DNA of 63,680 nucleotides, filler included, from Salisapilia sapeloensis CBS 127946 (Eukaryota > Protista > Oomycota): assembly GCA_023334545.1 (NCBI GenBank). It is 14 parts of 14 records of this genome, joined end to end, with 100 filler letters (N's around TTAATTAATTAA, not from the genome) between each part and the next. Parts side by side here need not be neighbours in the genome. Positions count along the whole stretch, not along the records: positions 1 to 1,122 come from JAADVB010001298.1; positions 1,223 to 2,368 come from JAADVB010001285.1; positions 2,469 to 8,429 come from JAADVB010000579.1; positions 8,530 to 12,841 come from JAADVB010000677.1; 10 more parts are not named here. One strand, 5' to 3'. The notes below the pieces were generated by a model. It was not told where the DNA came from, did not search any database, and saw only the letters and a list, made by a program, of their open reading frames with translations. This document shows, one piece after another, positions 1 to 9,981 of this stretch. The position numbers and the translations under genes were made by a program. Each line of letters starts with the position of its first letter. The stretch's first letter is position 1.

Positions 1-260
1 CCCGAAAATCGAGTCTCCAAGGGAAAGCGAGATCCCGAACAAAACAGACGAAGAGCCGAGTCTCGACAAAAGCCGGAGGCTAAGCTCCTCGTACCCGCTC
101 GTCTACTCCAAGTTCTTATTCACAAACCCATCTCTCCTGCCGACGTTCATCAGTGAAAGTGCGGAGGAAGCATGAGAAAGCCCTAATGCATAATCCAAGT
201 TGTCTTTGTTGTATTTCCAAATCATGTCCCGGCCTTCCTCTCCCTGCCGCCGCACCAAAC

Positions 261-1122
261 CTAGTTGTCCTCGTTGCGCCAGTGAGACACGAGCGCCTTG
301 AACAGACCGTCCGGCTTGCGCTGCAGCGCCGCGGGGGTGTCGAATTCGCCCACAGCGCCCTTCTCCATCACCAAGATACGGTCCGAGTCCAGGATCGTGT
401 TGATCCGGTGGGCCACCGTCAGCGTCGTGCACTCCTTGAACTCCGTCCGGATGCTCTCCTGGATCTTCCGGTCCGTCTCCGTGTCGATGGACGCCGTCGC
501 CTCGTCCATCAGGATGATGCGAGACCTCTTCAGCAGCGCTCGAGCAATGCACAGCAGCTGCCTCTCGCCGACGCTAAAGTTGCTGCCTCGCTCGTCCACG
601 TTCGCGTCGAGGGCCGTGACGGCGCCTCGGAGATGGGCACGACGCAGAGACGTCCAGAGCTGGTCGTCCGAGTACTCGTCGAACGGATCCAGGTTGCTGC
701 GGACGGTGCCTGAGAAGAGCACTGGGTCCTGCGGGATGATCGAGATCTTCTTCCGGAGGTCGTGCAGGCCCATCTTGGAGATGTCTGCCCCGTCGATGCG
801 GATGGCGCCGCTGTCCAGCTCCACCAGCCGCATCAAGGCCACCACGAGACTGCTCTTACCAGCTCCCGTGCGGCCGACGATGCCGATCTTCTCCTTGGAT
901 TTGATCGTCATGGTCAAGTTCCGCAGCACGCGCGGCAGACCCGGTCGGTACCTCAAGTTCACGCGGTCGAACTCGATCTCGCCCTCCGTCGGCCACTCCG
1001 GCTTGACTGCGCCCGGGACCGTCAGCTGCGCCTCCACAGGCATCTGCGAGTACGTCTCAATGCGCTCGACGCTGACCATTTGCGTCTGGAGCTGACTCAG
1101 CATCCGCACGCTCCAGTTGAGC
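261..1122 (-). CDS. ABCC (MRP-type) ABC transporter, 3' part (NBD2); 5' truncated by contig end
   Basis: Walker A GRTGAGKS, signature NFSVGERQ, Walker B ILMDEATAS; ABCC-type linker WPTEGEIEFDRVNLRYRPGLPRVL. Confidence 0.95.
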
Positions 1123-1222
1123 NNNNNNNNNNNNNNNNNNNNNNNNNNNNNNNNNNNNNNNNNNNNTTAATTAATTAANNNNNNNNNNNNNNNNNNNNNN
1201 NNNNNNNNNNNNNNNNNNNNNN
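1123..1222. other. Artificial contig linker (44 N + TTAATTAATTAA + 44 N); 13 copies in the window
   Basis: Identical 100-nt structure at 1123, 2369, 8430, 12842, 15873, 17271, 19398, 44829, 46988, 49265, 50540, 59794 and 61573; the core gives stops in all six frames. Confidence 0.99.
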
Positions 1223-1312
1223 GGCGATGAAGACTACTGGAATGGTGCCCTTGTCCGTCGTCCAGAGCTTAAAGACGTTCAATCCAGAGCGTGTGGCACG
1301 AAGAGCTACCAT
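1223..1312 (-). CDS. 5' end of a small protein, probably NDUFA4/B12D (MLRQ)-like; truncated by contig end
   Basis: ATG at 1312 gives MVALRATRSGLNVFKLWTTDKGTIPVVFIA (basic N-terminus then start of a hydrophobic helix), with an Inr-FPR motif about 50 nt upstream. Family call is from recalled similarity only. Confidence 0.5.
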
Positions 1313-1313
1313 G

Positions 1314-1346
1314 GTTGTTGTTGTTGTTGTTGTTGGTGGTGGTGGT
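1314..1346. repeat. Compound microsatellite (GTT)7(GGT)4
   Basis: Read directly; lies just upstream of the minus-strand ATG at 1312. Confidence 0.95.
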
Positions 1347-1353
1347 TCCAAGT

Positions 1354-1369
1354 CAATTGGGAAATGAGG
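1354..1369 (-). promoter_or_regulatory. Oomycete Inr-FPR core promoter element
   Basis: Minus strand CCTCATTTCCCAATTG matches the oomycete consensus TCATTYYNCAWTT, about 50 nt upstream of an ATG. Confidence 0.65.
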
Positions 1370-2468
1370 TATCGACTGGGACTATATCGAGGATGTCCAT
1401 GAGCATTGTATCTCGCATTTCGTGTCTCGTGCAGCTTTTCGTGTTTTTGTCGATAGCAGTGTGATTGGCTAACATATTGAAAACATGAATGTGATTCGTG
1501 GAAAGTATGACCAAGTTGAAGCGACAAATTAACTGACGCGCTGCATATCTATTCCCAGCACAAAGAAATGAAGATAGTTGTAAAGTAGTTCTTTAGGAGT
1601 ACTGAGATGACTTTACATGTAGCTACTAGAAAATAAAAGAATGCATTAGTTTACTTTGAATTCGTTGGAGGTATACTTGATCTGACTGAATACGCCCGAG
1701 GTAAAACCCAGATTCCAGCGATAGCATGCAGCAGCTATCAACTGTCCTACCAGCCAGAGTTAACTCTGTTTCTTTCACTTGGTCAGTATCATGGAGGCTA
1801 AGTGCCTCAGCTGAATAAGAAACAGCTATCCACTTTGTTTTATAAAAGTCCAAAAGTAGCTGCGAGAGCTATTTGATGGAAAATGAAAAGTGTGATACGG
1901 GCTATTTCTCATGGTAACCTATATTATAAAATTCGTCTTGTGCTTCAAATACATGGGAGTTGGGTAAATAATGACCGTTCGAAGTAGAATTCATCGTGCT
2001 TTCTTTGCCTAAGCATACTATACAGTGTATAGTCTAGGTGAGACTACTGTCGATGATTGGTGTAGCATAGCGTGATGAGGGTTATTAGTCGATCCTGTCT
2101 ACTTACAGCCACAACAACATTTCTAGCTTGTGTTCTCAAGGTCGCCTTTGCTAAATTGTGAAAACTGAGGGGTTTAAACTAGGGTAGTTAACATTTATAA
2201 ATGCTCATAACTTTCACAGTCCAAAGGCATCTCCAGCATTACGCTCTACTAGTCAAACTCTTCCTCCACTTGTCCTTCCTTTGGTTTTGGCATTGTACTG
2301 CGCTACTCCTTCCTCCACCTCAGTCGTACGAGCGCAGCGGGTTACCAGATAGCAGTGAGCGATAAGGANNNNNNNNNNNNNNNNNNNNNNNNNNNNNNNN
2401 NNNNNNNNNNNNTTAATTAATTAANNNNNNNNNNNNNNNNNNNNNNNNNNNNNNNNNNNNNNNNNNNN

Positions 2469-2609
2469 CGAAAGCCTTTGCTAGCGTCGAAGACGTGAAG
2501 ACGGAGATGAACATCAAGGAGTACTCGGTGTCCCAGACGACGCTGGAGCAGATCTTCAACTCCTTCGCGAGCCAACAAGAGGAAGAACAGGGCGTCGCCC
2601 GCGGCGTCT
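2469..2609 (+). repeat. 141-bp terminal inverted repeat of contig 2469-8429 (partner 8289-8429)
   Basis: Exact reverse complement of 8289-8429 by base-by-base reading. Confidence 0.95.
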
Positions 2610-2638
2610 ACAAGGAACAAGCACGAATCGGTAAATGA
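2469..2638 (+). CDS. ABCA transporter, extreme C-terminus (copy 1)
   Basis: KAFASVEDVKTEMNIKEYSVSQTTLEQIFNSFASQQEEEQGVARGVYKEQARIGK*; YSVSQTTLEQIF is the ABCA C-terminal motif. Confidence 0.9.
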
Positions 2639-2989
2639 GCTAGAGACACTCATTCAGAGCAATGAATACAATACTCATTGTCAAAGCTTGTGTTATCGTT
2701 GAGTGTTTTGAATAAGCAGCAGATAGCTTGTAGAGAGACATGTCAGGTATATCCACCTACAAATATGATCTCTTATGTACCAGTGGAAATGGTAGCATAC
2801 TAGATGAATGAGCAACAGGTTACTTATCATTCCGTTGTTTTCTAACATGGTCACCACATCCAGTACTATATATACACAAGATAATTGGTTTATACGTACT
2901 GCTCCGCGTATGATCAAGTGGAAATCTTGTCAAGAGTACACCTGGAAGACTTAACACAAGTCGTAGGAACGCAAAAAGCGCATCGAAGT

Positions 2990-4525
2990 TTATTTAAGCT
3001 TGGTAGCCTGAACAACCGAGCTTTTCGTATGAATGCACGAAATGACTTCCGCTAGGAACGGTGCGACGGACAACGTGACAATCTTCGGAGCTGTCTCCAA
3101 CTTGTCCTCAGCGATCGGAATCGTATTCGTTCGTACGAGTAGATCGAGATCAGCACACTCCTGCAGTTTACTCGTAGCCTACGACAAAAATGATTATTAC
3201 ATGTATCTACCATGCTTCGAAATACAAACACATACATCTCCAGAGAAGCGACCGTGGACGCAGAACGCAGAGACACTGCGAGCTCCTTTCGTCTTCAAAA
3301 GCTTGGCAGTCTGCATGAGCGTGCTTCCCGTGTCCACTAGGTTGTCCACGATAATGCAGTCTTTCCCCGTCACATCACCCACGAGTTCGCCCGGGAAATT
3401 ATTATCGATGCGATGCTTTCGGATGACAAAAGCGACGTTAATAGCCTTGTCTAAAGTCCGCGAAAGGATGTCTCGGAAGACAGCCGCACGGTTCACAGCA
3501 GATGAATGTGGGGCGATGACGATCGGATCAGGCAACTGGAGTTCGGAAAAGTAGACCGAGCCAACGGGAAACGCTTGTAGATTATCCACCTACCAGTATC
3601 TACATAAGGATAGATACAACGATAGGGAAGAGGAGATTGCTTTACAGTGACTTGAGGCTTGAAGAATCCTTCGATCTGGGCACTATGCAGGTTGATAGTG
3701 ACGACGTGGTCGACACCGACTACCTCCAGCATACGAGCAATGTCCTATAGAAGACAGTGAGCCACTTGAGGGTGTTGTACAGAGAGAAGGAAAGCATCCT
3801 ACGGCAGCAGCAATGGGTTCCCTCCCTTTGGTCTGTCGATCTTGACGCGCATAGCCGTAGAATGGGATGACAGCAGTGATTTTTCTAGCTGATGCCCGAC
3901 GAAAGGCAGAGATAGAGAGCAACAGCTCCATGACGCTACATCAAGACATTTAGATCGCTAAAGGTAGTGCTATACACACGGGAAGCACGATACCGATCAA
4001 CGTTGGTGGTCGACGAAACGAGGTAGACATTGCCTCCACGCACATGCTCATTGATGTTGATACTCGTCTCTCCATCTGCAAACTTCTTTACTATACAGAT
4101 AGTGAGTTGCTAGCTCTAGACAAGTATCAAGGCGATCGCATACCCGTCATATCGGATAGGGGGACACCGAGATATTGCGAGATCTCCTTGGCAATCGGCG
4201 TATCGGCACACTGGAATAGCTGTAGTCCTTTGGCTCTTTCGGACGTCATCTTCCCTTTGTAGAAATGCCAGTGCTTGGTCGTCGTCCCAGCAGTCCACAA
4301 GGTCGACGGATTCTTCTCACTCAGCTTTTCCTCGCAACTAGCGTTCCCATTGTATCTCCAGTTCGGTACATTGCTTCCATACGACCCTGCAATCATTCCC
4401 ATGCATAATGCCGATCCAGACAAACCAGCCTTCTTCCACAATTGCGAATACATCATCTTCACAAGCTCCCAATCTTCCCCAAACACCGTTTTATTATTAG
4501 ACCACTTCTTTTCATACAACACCAT
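2990..4525 (-). CDS. Ribose-phosphate pyrophosphokinase (PRPS) family protein, about 6 exons, divergent active-site motifs
   Basis: Exons give [86 protein letters not shown]; stop at 2990-2992; start is ATG 4525 or 4456. Confidence 0.9.
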
Positions 4526-4821
4526 CAATACTAGACATACTATACGATCAATCGACTTCGTTCGCGTTAAAAATGAGCCTGGATAACGTCCACGTAGCGA
4601 GATACAGCCAAGACAAGTAGACCGGATGTATCAATCCGTGCGAAAATGGATGGTATACGTATGTCCCACAATACCCTCCCATCTTAAAACCGCACCTTTA
4701 TACAAATTCCTATATAAAGTGGTGGTAAAACTCTAAACCGTCGGATCTTCTCGTGCCACCAACCTCCGCCTATCAATAGTAGATTCGCTCCTTCCTTGGT
4801 ACTGCTATCCCTCCCTTAATC

Positions 4822-7800
4822 ATGAGCAAATCGATGAAACCTTCGAGCGAAATGTTCGACGTGAACTGGCAAAAAGTATGGCCGGATCGTATTCCCGTCA
4901 TCTTCCGTGATCTCGCACCGACGAATCCGTTTAATCCGCGCCAGTTATGGCCGGAAGAGAAGGACGAAAGTGCCGTCGTAGAGCAACCGAGTAAGAAGGA
5001 GTCGAGTAAAGCGAATGGAGGTGCTGGGAAGCTGAAGAAAGCTGACCTCATTCGTATGCAGCACGCGAAAGATAAGGCAGGCAAGCAGATTAAACTCGAT
5101 GACGAGAAGCTCGCGAACGCCAAGAAGGCGCAGAACCTCTTGTTCATGAAGATGGCGACGCCGACAGGTCGATTGAAACAGTTGTACGAGATCCTCAAGG
5201 ACTGTCTCCAACGGAAGGAGTACACGGATGCCGTCGATACGTTGTGGGAGCTCCAACGGACGTCGTTCCTCCCGAAACGATCCAAGACTGGTATCGACGG
5301 ACGAACCAAGTCGGAGAAACAGGTCAAGGCGGAAGCCGAGGAGGATGCTGCCTTACGAGAAGATTTGCGTGCTATCCATAAAAAGTATCGCAAGTATGTC
5401 AAGACCGTGCTCAAGTTCCTCGATGGCAAGGACCTCATCGCGTACCAATTGACAGACATGTCGGACCGACTGCCTCCTCTCAACATGCACCACATGCACA
5501 AACTCGTCTTGGACGAATGGCAGCGTACGGTGCTCAACCACATTGACAACAATGACTCGGTCGTCGTCTGTGCGCCTACTTCGAGTGGTAAGACCGTCCT
5601 GTCATCGTACGTCTCGGTCGTCGGTGGCAAAGTCCTCTTCATCGTCCCGACAGACCCTCTGGCTTGGCAAGTCGCTGCCTTGTTCCAAGCTATGGTCAAG
5701 GGCTCCGTTGCACTCATCACGGAAGGCACGACGTACCTCCCGAATGAATTCCGCGTCGCAGTCGGTACCCCCAAGGCCGTCGAGTCGACGCTTCTCGAGA
5801 TCGGATACGACTTCCAATACGCTGTCTATGACGAAGTGCACGACCTCAATGGCCCGGAAGGAGATGCGTTAGAACGTATCATCAAGGCCGTGCCATGTCC
5901 GTTCCTCGCCTTATCCGCAACCATCGGCAACGCTTCTCAGCTACAACAGTGGTGGCAAAAGCACCATGACCCGTCGGAAGAGAAGAAGGTGCACTTGTTA
6001 GAACATAAAGCTCGTTTCATTAATCTGCAGCGGAATATTTGGCATGAAGAAGATGACCGGAAGGAACTCGTGGCTTTACATCCATGTGCTGGTCTTACTG
6101 TCGAGTACTTGACACAAGATGGGTTCGAAACAGGTGATTTAGCTTTCACGCCTCGAGACACTTTTGCTTTGTGGGAAGCCATGCAAAGGCACTACGAAAA
6201 AGAACAGATCCAGGACGTCGATCCGCATACGTTCTTCCAGCAGAAGATGGAGGAGGATACGCAGACGGCGGATGCGACGCTCGACTTTGTAATGGATAAG
6301 ACGGAGAAGAAGAAGAGTAAGAAGAAGGACGAGAAGAAGAAGGATAAGAAGAAGGACAAGGAAAAGGATAAGGATGAAGAGGTCTTCCAAGTCGACCTAG
6401 GCACGAGAACCCACCGGATTACGCTCATGGAGAGTAAGGAGTACGAGGACGTTGTCAAAGCCAAGCTCCAGCATCTCGCGGGAGAATCTCCGGATGCCAC
6501 GAAGAAGGTTCTCGATACCTTTGCGCCTCCTTCTGCACTCACGTCTGACGCCTCCACACCGACCGTCGACGTCTACACGCTCGTCCAGCAGCTCGTCAAG
6601 GACGGCCTCGTCCCTGCGATCTGCTTCCAACTCGACTCTGTCCGCTGTCGACAGCTCTTTGACCAGCTTCTCGCATCGATTGAAAGCGCGGAAGCTGCCA
6701 AGTACCCTGCGTACAAGGAGAAGCTCCAGGCGGAATACGAAGAATGGGAACGGTCGCAGGCTCAAGCAAAGAAGCGCGAGAATAAGTCCAAGAGCAAGGA
6801 TAAGGAAGAGGAGGCGAGAGAGGCGCAGGAATTTGAGGAGAAAGCGCCACCGGATGTCCATGCGCCACACCCGGACTTTGTCCTTACGTCTGCGACGAAC
6901 CGACTCACGGCGTCCGAGTTTAAGGAGATCAAGTGGCAGCTACGTCGTGAGCTGTCCGAGGAAGGAGACGACGACGGACATGCGCTCGTCCGGTCGCTAC
7001 GACGCGGCATCGGCATCTACAATGCCAACCTCCCTGCTGCCTACCTCCGTGTGGTGCAGAGTCTGGCGCAAGCAGGTCGACTCGCTGTCGTCTTGTCGGA
7101 CGAAAGCCTCGCGTATGGTGTCAACATGCCGTTCCGTACGTGCTGCTTCCTTGAGGACACGGACGAAGGCGCGTTGACGTCGCTCATGGTGCAGCAGATG
7201 GCTGGGCGAGCAGGTCGACGAGGTCTCGATCGACAGGGTAACATCGTCTTTGCCGGCCTCACGTGGGCACGCATGAAGCTCCTGATGCGAGGTCTGCTGC
7301 CGGACGTCAAGGGCCGACAGATGCTGTACCCTACGATCTCGCTGCAACGAGTGCTCAGTCCGCATGTCGACGACGGAATCATGCAGCGTGTCGTGTCACA
7401 TCCGCTGCAGGCGTTTGTGAGCGGACGAAAAGAAGCGCTGAGTGATAGCGAGTACCTCTTATCGTCCGTAAAGTGGATGACGCACTTTGGCCTGTTGGAA
7501 GGAGACGCGTACAAGCTTGGTGTGGATAAATTCGTCTCGAAACTCGTGTGGGAATGTCGTGAAGATCCATCCGAAGCACTTGGTCTCTTCTGGATGCTCG
7601 AGGAAGTCCGACGAGAGTTCCATCAAAAGCCTGGTGATATCATTGCGAATCAATTGCAACTCTTTAACATGATCCTACGTGTCGTCGGGCGAGAAAAGTA
7701 TCATGAAGAGTATGCGCATGCGTCCAAATTGTCACCTCTGCCTGGTCAAGAGAGTAGCTGGGATGCCATGACAGCGCTCTTGCAGTCGTACGACGCGCAT

Positions 7801-8103
7801 ATCAGCCAAATGGTCGATGACGGACGCGCGAGTGAAGAGATTGCGGCGGAGTTGAGACTGCGTGTGCCGTTGGATGAACCACTGGACGGGTATGTCTTCC
7901 GGACGGTCGTGGACAACTTGATTCCACCTGGACTTGGTACATCCCAGTTGAATCATATTAAGAAGCGACTGCGACACGTGGGTGACCGACTTCGATTGAT
8001 GCACAATCTACTGATGCTGAGTCCGCGTCACTGGGAGCTCGAAGAGATCTTCCGTAAATGCTTCCGTCGTATCAAGTGGATTCTTATCGATTCGGAGGTT
8101 TAG
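4822..8103 (+). CDS. Ski2-family SF2 RNA helicase, DDX60-like, intronless, 1093 aa
   Basis: APTSSGKT, DEVH, LALSATIGN, QMAGRAGRRGLD; APTSSGKT/DEVH is typical of DDX60; K/D/E-rich insert near 6300-6380. Confidence 0.9.
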   Translation: MSKSMKPSSEMFDVNWQKVWPDRIPVIFRDLAPTNPFNPRQLWPEEKDESAVVEQPSKKESSKANGGAGKLKKADLIRMQHAKDKAGKQIKLDDEKLANAKKAQNLLFMKMATPTGRLKQLYEILKDCLQRKEYTDAVDTLWELQRTSFLPKRSKTGIDGRTKSEKQVKAEAEEDAALREDLRAIHKKYRKYVKTVLKFLDGKDLIAYQLTDMSDRLPPLNMHHMHKLVLDEWQRTVLNHIDNNDSVVVCAPTSSGKTVLSSYVSVVGGKVLFIVPTDPLAWQVAALFQAMVKGSVALITEGTTYLPNEFRVAVGTPKAVESTLLEIGYDFQYAVYDEVHDLNGPEGDALERIIKAVPCPFLALSATIGNASQLQQWWQKHHDPSEEKKVHLLEHKARFINLQRNIWHEEDDRKELVALHPCAGLTVEYLTQDGFETGDLAFTPRDTFALWEAMQRHYEKEQIQDVDPHTFFQQKMEEDTQTADATLDFVMDKTEKKKSKKKDEKKKDKKKDKEKDKDEEVFQVDLGTRTHRITLMESKEYEDVVKAKLQHLAGESPDATKKVLDTFAPPSALTSDASTPTVDVYTLVQQLVKDGLVPAICFQLDSVRCRQLFDQLLASIESAEAAKYPAYKEKLQAEYEEWERSQAQAKKRENKSKSKDKEEEAREAQEFEEKAPPDVHAPHPDFVLTSATNRLTASEFKEIKWQLRRELSEEGDDDGHALVRSLRRGIGIYNANLPAAYLRVVQSLAQAGRLAVVLSDESLAYGVNMPFRTCCFLEDTDEGALTSLMVQQMAGRAGRRGLDRQGNIVFAGLTWARMKLLMRGLLPDVKGRQMLYPTISLQRVLSPHVDDGIMQRVVSHPLQAFVSGRKEALSDSEYLLSSVKWMTHFGLLEGDAYKLGVDKFVSKLVWECREDPSEALGLFWMLEEVRREFHQKPGDIIANQLQLFNMILRVVGREKYHEEYAHASKLSPLPGQESSWDAMTALLQSYDAHISQMVDDGRASEEIAAELRLRVPLDEPLDGYVFRTVVDNLIPPGLGTSQLNHIKKRLRHVGDRLRLMHNLLMLSPRHWELEEIFRKCFRRIKWILIDSEV

Positions 8104-8277
8104 AATGGCGGATGGAAACGCAAGGAGAAAAAGTAAAAAGGAATAAAAGCATGCCTCTTGGTTGGATTACACGCCGTCTCTTGGCCCTAGTCATACGTCC
8201 AACAGGTGGGTCGGTCTTGTTTTTTCGTATATGTATCGTCCAAGGTGTTAGTCTAGACAACGCAATGGCTTGAGGAC

Positions 8278-8429
8278 TTAGCCGCTAAAGACGCCGCGGG
8301 CGACGCCCTGTTCTTCCTCTTGTTGGCTCGCGAAGGAGTTGAAGATCTGCTCCAGCGTCGTCTGGGACACCGAGTACTCCTTGATGTTCATCTCCGTCTT
8401 CACGTCTTCGACGCTAGCAAAGGCTTTCG
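8278..8429 (-). CDS. ABCA transporter, extreme C-terminus (copy 2)
   Basis: Same 141 nt as copy 1, then ends ...GVARGVFSG*; stop at 8278-8280. Confidence 0.9.
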
Positions 8430-8529
8430 NNNNNNNNNNNNNNNNNNNNNNNNNNNNNNNNNNNNNNNNNNNNTTAATTAATTAANNNNNNNNNNNNNNN
8501 NNNNNNNNNNNNNNNNNNNNNNNNNNNNN

Positions 8530-8697
8530 CCACACCAAGGCCGACGGCGTACCGAAAGCGTGCCATTTACACGGAACACGGAAGCATGAGCAAGATATGC
8601 CTCTCTAGAGCCGAGATGCACATATTGCTAGATCCAGCAGGGATCCTCGTTGCTTCATTGGCCTACACAGCGATGGTATTCCTCCTCGTGGCGCTCG
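8530..8697 (+). repeat. Terminal inverted repeat of contig 8530-12841 (partner 12674-12841)
   Basis: 141 nt exact (8530-8670 vs 12701-12841), one mismatch at 8671, then 26 more identical nt. Confidence 0.95.
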
Positions 8698-8798
8698 AGG
8701 CGATTATTTGCGGAAAGGTTGGCTGTATTCACATTTCAATTAAATTCATGGGATGCTTTCTATTATTCCTTAGCTTGTGGGTCATTTTGCACATTTAA
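8586..8798 (+). pseudogene. Truncated duplicate of the first 37 codons of the DHHC gene
   Basis: MSKICLSRAEMHILLDPAGILVASLAYTAMVFLLVAL matches the 12785 gene except one residue (V to A), then runs into unrelated AT-rich sequence and stops. Confidence 0.85.
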
Positions 8799-9981
8799 AT
8801 TTGGAAATGATACAATTTTTCCTTTTTCGAATTATGTAAAATCTATCCGCCGCGAAGTTGGCAATCTCATCACCAATCGTCTAGTAGATTTACAGGGGTG
8901 AATCAGTCAGTAAAACCATGGTTTATATGACTTTTTGTGAAACCATGGCTTATCGAGACTTTCCGTCAAACCAAAGTCTATTCACCATCGAAAACCGAGT
9001 AGGTGGTCCCACTACTGTCACAAACCCAATGGTGGGCGGAAACTTGCTGTCCTAATATAAGTTGTAAAACGAAAAAAATCTTTTTCGGTTGAAGAAAATA
9101 GAAGGCTAATAGGCGCAAGCCTGAAGGTGATCGTAGCATGTACACGCTCTGCGTATCTACTGATAGATCAGACCGCTAATCTAGTCTGGGTATTGAGATC
9201 AGCCATTGTTTTCAAGCTCGCCACCTGATCATGAACACGAACACAAGCTGCTGCCAGTTAAAGCTGGTTTCTGTTGGTGAACTCCGACCATTCCGCTCTG
9301 AGTAGCTCAGGATATCCGGGCTAGGGGATTTCTTGTCTAGCTTCTACATGCTGGCAGAGGGTTTCTATCCATGCTGACATTGGCTGGTACCGTCTGTTAA
9401 CTCTTTATGGAAAGCTAGGTGGAGAGGATAGGTACTCGGCCTCTCTTTCTCCTTGATCCACTGACAATATTTGTAGTGTTGCCGATACGCATTTCCTTAT
9501 AGGCTCTCTAACTAGAGACAAATACTCTTGCGTGCTATGCTGTTAGTATGTGTTTGTCAAAGCTGGTCACGATGCGCTCGAAGTAACAAATTTGCGTAGA
9601 GGAGTGTCAACGTGATCGAAAGATCTCTTCGTCGGACTTGAGCCAGATCCAAAGATCTCTGCACTGGAAATGCATATCGTCCATTCAATAAGAGAATAAC
9701 CGCGTTCACGACATCTTCGACTTGGCGTACAAATCGATCACTGTCTTCTACTCTTTCCTCCCTTGACCTTCCGTCCGCTTGTCAAAAGTTGTACGTACGA
9801 AATGGCGCCGAACCGCTACCTGACGTAACCATGTCACTAAACAAAACGATGCAAAAAACGAATCGCCATTAAACTTATAATAAACTCCAACTCGAACGTC
9901 AATAGACGGCTCCCACTTTTCCTTCCCTATCACGGACACGGGTCAAAACGACAAATGCGCAAGCACTGCGTAACAAAAGGC

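Noticed and set aside
2-175. Open + frame at the window start (PKIESPRESE...SESAEEA*)
   Set aside because: Could be the tail of a convergent gene, but it is too short and featureless to support.
103-1095. Long overlapping ORFs (153-713+, 298-1095+, 103-552-), and similar ones over the helicase, OSCA, ERGIC, VPS16, NDR and SWEET genes
   Set aside because: Shadow frames caused by GC-rich third codon positions of the real genes; no motifs of their own.
1123-1222. Regularly recurring TTAATTAATTAA motif as a biological repeat or CRISPR-like array; ORFs running into N blocks
   Set aside because: Always embedded in 44 N + 44 N, so it is a synthetic contig joiner. Gene adjacency across linkers carries no meaning.
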